A program made the position numbers and the translations under genes. The notes under the pieces are model-generated. The model was not told the DNA's origin. It did not search any database and worked only from the letters and a program-made list of their open reading frames with translations. DNA of 39,407 bases from Candidatus Limnocylindrales bacterium. Lineage in GTDB: Bacteria > Chloroflexota > Limnocylindria > Limnocylindrales > CSP1-4. Where the stretch lies: the NCBI GenBank assembly GCA_038253685.1, contig JBBSGX010000002.1, positions 1 to 39,407 on the forward strand, given 5' to 3'. Shown here in pieces: positions 35,563 through 39,407 of the stretch (positions within the stretch are counted from its first letter, which is position 1; every line of letters starts with the position of its first letter).

Positions 35563-36504
35563 GTGAGGATCGTCTCCCTGCTGCCCTCGGCCACAGAGAT
35601 CGTGTACGCCCTAGGCCTGGGTGACGAGCTGGTCGGTCGCACGCACGAATGCGACTATCCGCCGGAGGTCGCGGACGTGCCAGTGATGACCGCCAGCGTC
35701 GGCGGTTCGAGCACGGATGACAGCCGTGCCATTCACGATCGGGTCGCCAGGTCCCTCCACGGCGGCAGCTCGATCTACCGGCTGGACGCCGACGCGCTGG
35801 AGGCGGCGCACCCGGATCTGATCCTGACCCAGGAGCTGTGTGACGTCTGCGCCGTGAGCTATCGGGAGGTCACGCAGGCGGTTCGCGCGATCGACGGGGA
35901 TATCACCGTCGTCAGCCTGGAACCGACCTCGATCGAGGGCATCTTCAACACGATCTCGACGGTCGGCGCCATGGCGGAGGCGGAGGACGAGGCGGTCGGG
36001 CTGCTGGAGATGCTCCGTGAGCGTCTCGGCGGCATCGAGAACCGCGTGCTGGAGCGCCGTCTTGCGGGCGTGCGGCCGCGGCGAATCATCTGTCTCGAAT
36101 GGCTCGACCCTCCGTTCGCGTCAGGCCACTGGGTGCCGGAGCAGGTCCGCCGGGCAGGCGGCTGGGAGCTCCTCGGGCAGGAAGGGGAACGCTCGGTGGA
36201 GACCACCTGGGAATCGGTGCGGGACGTGGATCCCGAGCAGCTCATGCTGATGCCCTGCGGCTTCGACGCGAATCGCACGGCCGTCGAGTTCGACCGAATG
36301 CCCAGGCCGGACTGGTTCGACGATCTGCGGGCGGTGAGCCGGGGCGAGATCTTTGCGCTCGACGGCTCGGGCTACTTCAGCCGGCCCGGACCGCGGGTGA
36401 TCGACGGGATTGCGCTGCTGGCAGAGCTGTTCGACCCCGCCGGCTTCGTGGATGTGGCTCCGCCTGAGGCATGGATCCCGGTCGGGCCGGCGTACCCGCG
36501 GTGA
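35563..36504 (+). CDS. Class-III periplasmic-binding-fold protein (BtuF / Fe-siderophore-binding-like) without a signal peptide
   Basis: MRIVSLLPSATEIVYALGLGDELVGRTHECDYP... matches the start of the mature domain of BtuF-like binding proteins. An in-frame TAA at 35536-35538 rules out any upstream signal sequence. Confidence 0.8.
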   Translation: MRIVSLLPSATEIVYALGLGDELVGRTHECDYPPEVADVPVMTASVGGSSTDDSRAIHDRVARSLHGGSSIYRLDADALEAAHPDLILTQELCDVCAVSYREVTQAVRAIDGDITVVSLEPTSIEGIFNTISTVGAMAEAEDEAVGLLEMLRERLGGIENRVLERRLAGVRPRRIICLEWLDPPFASGHWVPEQVRRAGGWELLGQEGERSVETTWESVRDVDPEQLMLMPCGFDANRTAVEFDRMPRPDWFDDLRAVSRGEIFALDGSGYFSRPGPRVIDGIALLAELFDPAGFVDVAPPEAWIPVGPAYPR

Positions 36505-36505
36505 C

Positions 36506-37510
36506 GTGGTAAGTCGGGAGCTTCAGGATCGCGTGGCCTTCCGGAAGAGTTTCGACTGCCTGTGGTGCGGCCGGGAATGGACGACGCGGGGCGGAGACGA
36601 CCTCGAGGGCTGGGCGGCGTTGTGCCCGGACTGCCTGAGTCGCGCACAGGACAACGACTTCCTGCGCTACCGCCTGAGGGCGGCGATCCGGGATCGGGCC
36701 GCGGCCGCAAAGGGCCCTGACGCGGCCGGCGGAGCAGCGCCGATGGTAAGCCGGGGAGCGGAAGCTGCGGGCGCGCGGCCGTCCCCGAGGCGATCGGAAC
36801 CAACCTCGAGTTCCACGCCAGAGGTGGTCGCGGAGCGCGACGCCGAGATGAAGGCCTACTACGCGGCGCGCACGCCGGAATACGACGACTGGTACCTCCG
36901 TCGTGGCCGCTACGCGCGCGGCCCCGTTCGCGACCTGGCCTGGCACGGCGAGCTTGACGAGGTCACGCGTTGGCTCGACGCCCTGCCGATCTCCGGCGAG
37001 ATCGTGGAGCTGGCGGCCGGCACCGGCTGGTGGTCGCCGCTGCTGGCCCAGAAGGGAGAGCTCTCGATCTACGACGCCGTGCCGGAGCCGCTGGACCTTG
37101 CCCGGAGACGGCTGGTCGCGCACGACCTTCGAGCCCACATCCACGTGCGCGATGCATGGGAAGAGCCGGATCGCCAGGTCGACGCGCTCTTCTGCGGCTT
37201 CTGGCTGAGCCACGTTTCCCGCGATCGACTCGACGCGTTCCTGGGTGTGGCGCACCGCTGGCTCAAGCCTGGCGGCATCCTCGCCTTTGTCGACTCGCGG
37301 CCCGACCCGGAGTCGGGCGCCGTCGACCACGATCCGGTGGCTCCAGACGAGACGTCGCTGCGCCGGCTTGCCGACGGCCGCGAGTTCCGCATCCCGAAGG
37401 TGTACTACTCGGCGGGGGAGCTCCGGGATGCATTGCTGCGCGCCGGATTTGCCGAGGCGACCGTGACCCAGACCGCGCGCTTCTTCCTGATGGGCGTGTC
37501 GCGCCGGTAG
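36506..37510 (+). CDS. Class I SAM-dependent methyltransferase with an N-terminal CxxC-x18-CxxC zinc-ribbon-like module
   Basis: Within ORF 36410..37510. GTG 36506 lies 2 nt after the upstream stop. FDCLWCGREW...LCPDCL, an Ala/Gly/Pro-rich linker, then IVELAAGTGWW (SAM motif I) and LKPGGILAFVD. The N-terminal part has coding-like third-position GC (about 85 percent, hand count). Confidence 0.75.
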   Translation: MVSRELQDRVAFRKSFDCLWCGREWTTRGGDDLEGWAALCPDCLSRAQDNDFLRYRLRAAIRDRAAAAKGPDAAGGAAPMVSRGAEAAGARPSPRRSEPTSSSTPEVVAERDAEMKAYYAARTPEYDDWYLRRGRYARGPVRDLAWHGELDEVTRWLDALPISGEIVELAAGTGWWSPLLAQKGELSIYDAVPEPLDLARRRLVAHDLRAHIHVRDAWEEPDRQVDALFCGFWLSHVSRDRLDAFLGVAHRWLKPGGILAFVDSRPDPESGAVDHDPVAPDETSLRRLADGREFRIPKVYYSAGELRDALLRAGFAEATVTQTARFFLMGVSRR

Positions 37511-37533
37511 AGCCCGTCGCGCCATCGTGCCCG

Positions 37534-37539
37534 TAGACT
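37534..37539 (+). promoter_or_regulatory. Putative -10 box TAGACT, 7 nt upstream of ATG 37547
   Basis: TAGACT-cgatggc-ATG with no SD. Confidence 0.4.
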
Positions 37540-37546
37540 CGATGGC

Positions 37547-38467
37547 ATGAAAGAGGTGACGGCCCTCGGCCGGGTGGGCGCGTGGGGACACCTGGACTCC
37601 CTGCCCGCCGAGGCATTGCGCCGCTACGTGGCCCGCATCGCCGAGCTCGGGCTGGGCGCGCTCTGGGTGCCGGAAACCGTCGGCCGTGAGCCCTTCGCGC
37701 TCCTTGCGGCCGTCGCCGAGGTGGCCGGCGACTGCATGTGGCTGGGCACCAGCATCGCCGCGATCTACTCGCGTGACGCGGTGACCATGAAGACCGGCGC
37801 CATGACGCTCCATGAGCTGACGGGCGGCAGATTCGTGCTTGGGCTCGGGGTCTCGCACCTCCACCTGGTGACGAAGGTGCGCGGCCATGAGTACGAGCGC
37901 CCGGTCAGCACGATGCGCGCATACCTGGCCGCCTACCGGGCGGCTCCCTGGCGCGGTCCGACGCTGCCCGACGCCACCACCGAGCCGCCGGTCCTCGTCG
38001 CCGCGCTCCGCGAGCGGATGCTCACCCTCGCCGCGACCGAGGGCGACGGCGCCTTTCCCTACCTCGTCACCGCCGAGCGCCTGGCCTGGATGCGCGGGAT
38101 CGTGGACGCAGCGGCCCAGTCGGCCGGACGCCGGCGGCCCTGGCTCATGGTCACGCTGCCGGTCATCGTGGAGACGGACCCGGAGGTCGCACGGGCCAGC
38201 GCCCGCGCGTACCTGGTGCCGTACCTCCGCGCCCCCAACTACCAGGCCAGCTTTGCGGAACAAGGCTTTGACTCGGACGACTGGACTGCGCCGGGCTCCG
38301 ACCGCCTGGTCGACGCGATGATCGCCTGGGGTGACCTCCCGAGCCTCCACGCTCGCATCCGCGCCATGCACCAGGCCGGGGCCGACCACGTCGCGCTGAT
38401 CCCGCTCGAGCCCGACGGCACGGACGCGAACCTGCCGGCCATCGAGGCGCTCGCCTCGTCCAGCTGA
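37547..38467 (+). CDS. LLM-class F420-dependent oxidoreductase (probable)
   Basis: LGRVGAWGHLDSL...ELGLGALWVPETVGREPFALLA...GGRFVLGLGVSH: luciferase-like TIM-barrel pattern of the actinobacterial F420-dependent subgroup. Confidence 0.82.
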   Translation: MKEVTALGRVGAWGHLDSLPAEALRRYVARIAELGLGALWVPETVGREPFALLAAVAEVAGDCMWLGTSIAAIYSRDAVTMKTGAMTLHELTGGRFVLGLGVSHLHLVTKVRGHEYERPVSTMRAYLAAYRAAPWRGPTLPDATTEPPVLVAALRERMLTLAATEGDGAFPYLVTAERLAWMRGIVDAAAQSAGRRRPWLMVTLPVIVETDPEVARASARAYLVPYLRAPNYQASFAEQGFDSDDWTAPGSDRLVDAMIAWGDLPSLHARIRAMHQAGADHVALIPLEPDGTDANLPAIEALASSS

Positions 38468-38492
38468 CCGCTGGCCGCCCGTTGGTCCACCC

Positions 38493-38498
38493 TATACT
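38493..38498 (+). promoter_or_regulatory. Putative -10 box TATACT, 9 nt upstream of ATG 38508
   Basis: TATACT-cgcggcctc-ATG with no SD. Confidence 0.35.
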
Positions 38499-38507
38499 CG
38501 CGGCCTC

Positions 38508-39353
38508 ATGTCACTGCGCGATTGCACCATTGCGACCGTCGGGTCCGGGGTCATGGCCGAGGCGATGATCGCCGGCCTGCTCCGGGGTGAAGAGGTCGGA
38601 CCCGAGCAGATCGTCGCGAGCCATCCGCGAGAGGAGCGGCGCGAATACCTGCGCCGTGAGCACGGCGTCCAGGCCGTCGAATCGAACGTCGACGCCATCC
38701 GCAACGCGGACGTGGTGCTGCTCGGCATCAAGCCGCAGATGCTGGCCAGAGTGGGTCGCGAGCTCGCTCCTGCGCTGCGCGACGGACAGCTGCTGATCAG
38801 CATCATCGCGGGCGCCACGTCGAAGGCACTGACCAACGTCCTCAAGCACCGCCAGATCGTGCGCAGCATGCCGAACACACCGGCCCAGCTCGGCAAGGGC
38901 ATGACCGTCTGGTACGCGACGCCGGAGGTCACGGCCACCCAACGCGCACAGGCCGCGACCCTCCTCGGCAGCCTCGGCGCCGAGCTGGCCGTCGACGACG
39001 AGAAGCTGGTCGCCATGGCAACCGCGGTCAGTGGCACGGGCCCGACCTACGTCTTCCTGGTCATGGAGGCCCTCATCGACGCGGCCGTGCACCTCGGCTT
39101 CCCGCGACACATCGCGCACGACCTGGTCATCGAGACGCTGGAGGGCAGCACGCTCTTCGCGAAAGCCAGCGGAATGCACCCGGCCCAGCTCCGCAACATG
39201 GTCACATCCCCGGGCGGCACGAGCGCCGCCGCGCTCCACGAGCTCGAGTCGGGCCGCCTCCGGACCGTGCTCTCCGAGGCCGTCTGGGCCGCCTATCGAC
39301 GAACCGAGGAGCTGGGACGCCAGCTCGAGGCCGACACGGCCGCCGATTCCTGA
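38508..39353 (+). CDS. proC: Pyrroline-5-carboxylate reductase
   Basis: IATVGSGVMAEAMIAGLL (NADP-binding), VVLLGIKPQ, MPNTPAQLGKGMTVW, SGTGPTYVFLVMEALIDAAVHLG, VTSPGGTSAAAL. Confidence 0.93.
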   Translation: MSLRDCTIATVGSGVMAEAMIAGLLRGEEVGPEQIVASHPREERREYLRREHGVQAVESNVDAIRNADVVLLGIKPQMLARVGRELAPALRDGQLLISIIAGATSKALTNVLKHRQIVRSMPNTPAQLGKGMTVWYATPEVTATQRAQAATLLGSLGAELAVDDEKLVAMATAVSGTGPTYVFLVMEALIDAAVHLGFPRHIAHDLVIETLEGSTLFAKASGMHPAQLRNMVTSPGGTSAAALHELESGRLRTVLSEAVWAAYRRTEELGRQLEADTAADS

Positions 39354-39407
39354 CCGCGTCCCAGGAGATCCGGCCAGACCAACGCGATTGGCGACGGCTG
39401 ACCGCGG

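Overview
GC-rich (roughly two-thirds G+C by eye, not computed), densely packed chromosomal segment. It looks like core metabolism and transport DNA from a monoderm, F420-using, high-GC bacterium (Actinobacteriota- or Chloroflexota-like). That placement is an inference from two LLM-class F420-type oxidoreductases, lipoproteins with long Pro/Ser/Thr/Ala linkers, a sugar ABC operon with no ATPase gene, and many leaderless-looking gene starts. I resolve 38 genes as 40 coding segments, plus one tRNA-Gly(UCC). Left to right: frameshifted S8 protease (partial at the left edge), beta-CASP MBL nuclease, fabI, DEDDh exonuclease, LLM oxidoreductase, a large class-V PLP enzyme and a SIMPL protein. Next is a 2-keto-3-deoxy sugar-acid cluster (KDPG-type aldolase, enolase-superfamily dehydratase, PfkB kinase) facing a CUT1-type sugar ABC operon (binding protein plus two permeases), then a DeoR regulator and galT. 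These are followed by a MEDS protein with a frameshifted soluble histidine kinase, tRNA-Gly, a PaaI thioesterase/small MBL hydrolase pair, a DUF1800/DUF1501 pair, an AlkA-type glycosylase, rpiB and a LOG-family protein. Then come a lipoprotein, a double zinc-ribbon protein, a small membrane ORF, a PotABCD-like ABC importer, a membrane-anchored cupredoxin, a ferredoxin and an ABC-2 exporter pair. The window ends with a signal-less class-III periplasmic-binding-fold protein coupled to a zinc-ribbon SAM methyltransferase, a second LLM oxidoreductase and proC. I found no rRNA, CRISPR array, transposase, integrase, phage gene or recognisable defence gene. Several gene pairs overlap by 4-8 nt (ATGA/GTGA), consistent with operons. 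I do not see a convincing new multi-gene system. The points most worth follow-up are: (1) a recurring TAnnnT box 5-10 nt upstream of start codons, suggesting leaderless transcription units; (2) two genes broken by single-base indels in short homopolymers; (3) a multi-stem GC-rich element downstream of fabI with SD-like or anti-SD-like loops; (4) a 24-bp hairpin inside the Pot-like operon; (5) three uncharacterised modules (DUF1800/DUF1501, cytoplasmic PBP-fold protein plus Zn-ribbon methyltransferase, MEDS plus orphan kinase). All family calls rest on motif recognition in the supplied translations and my own translations. No database search or folding program was run.
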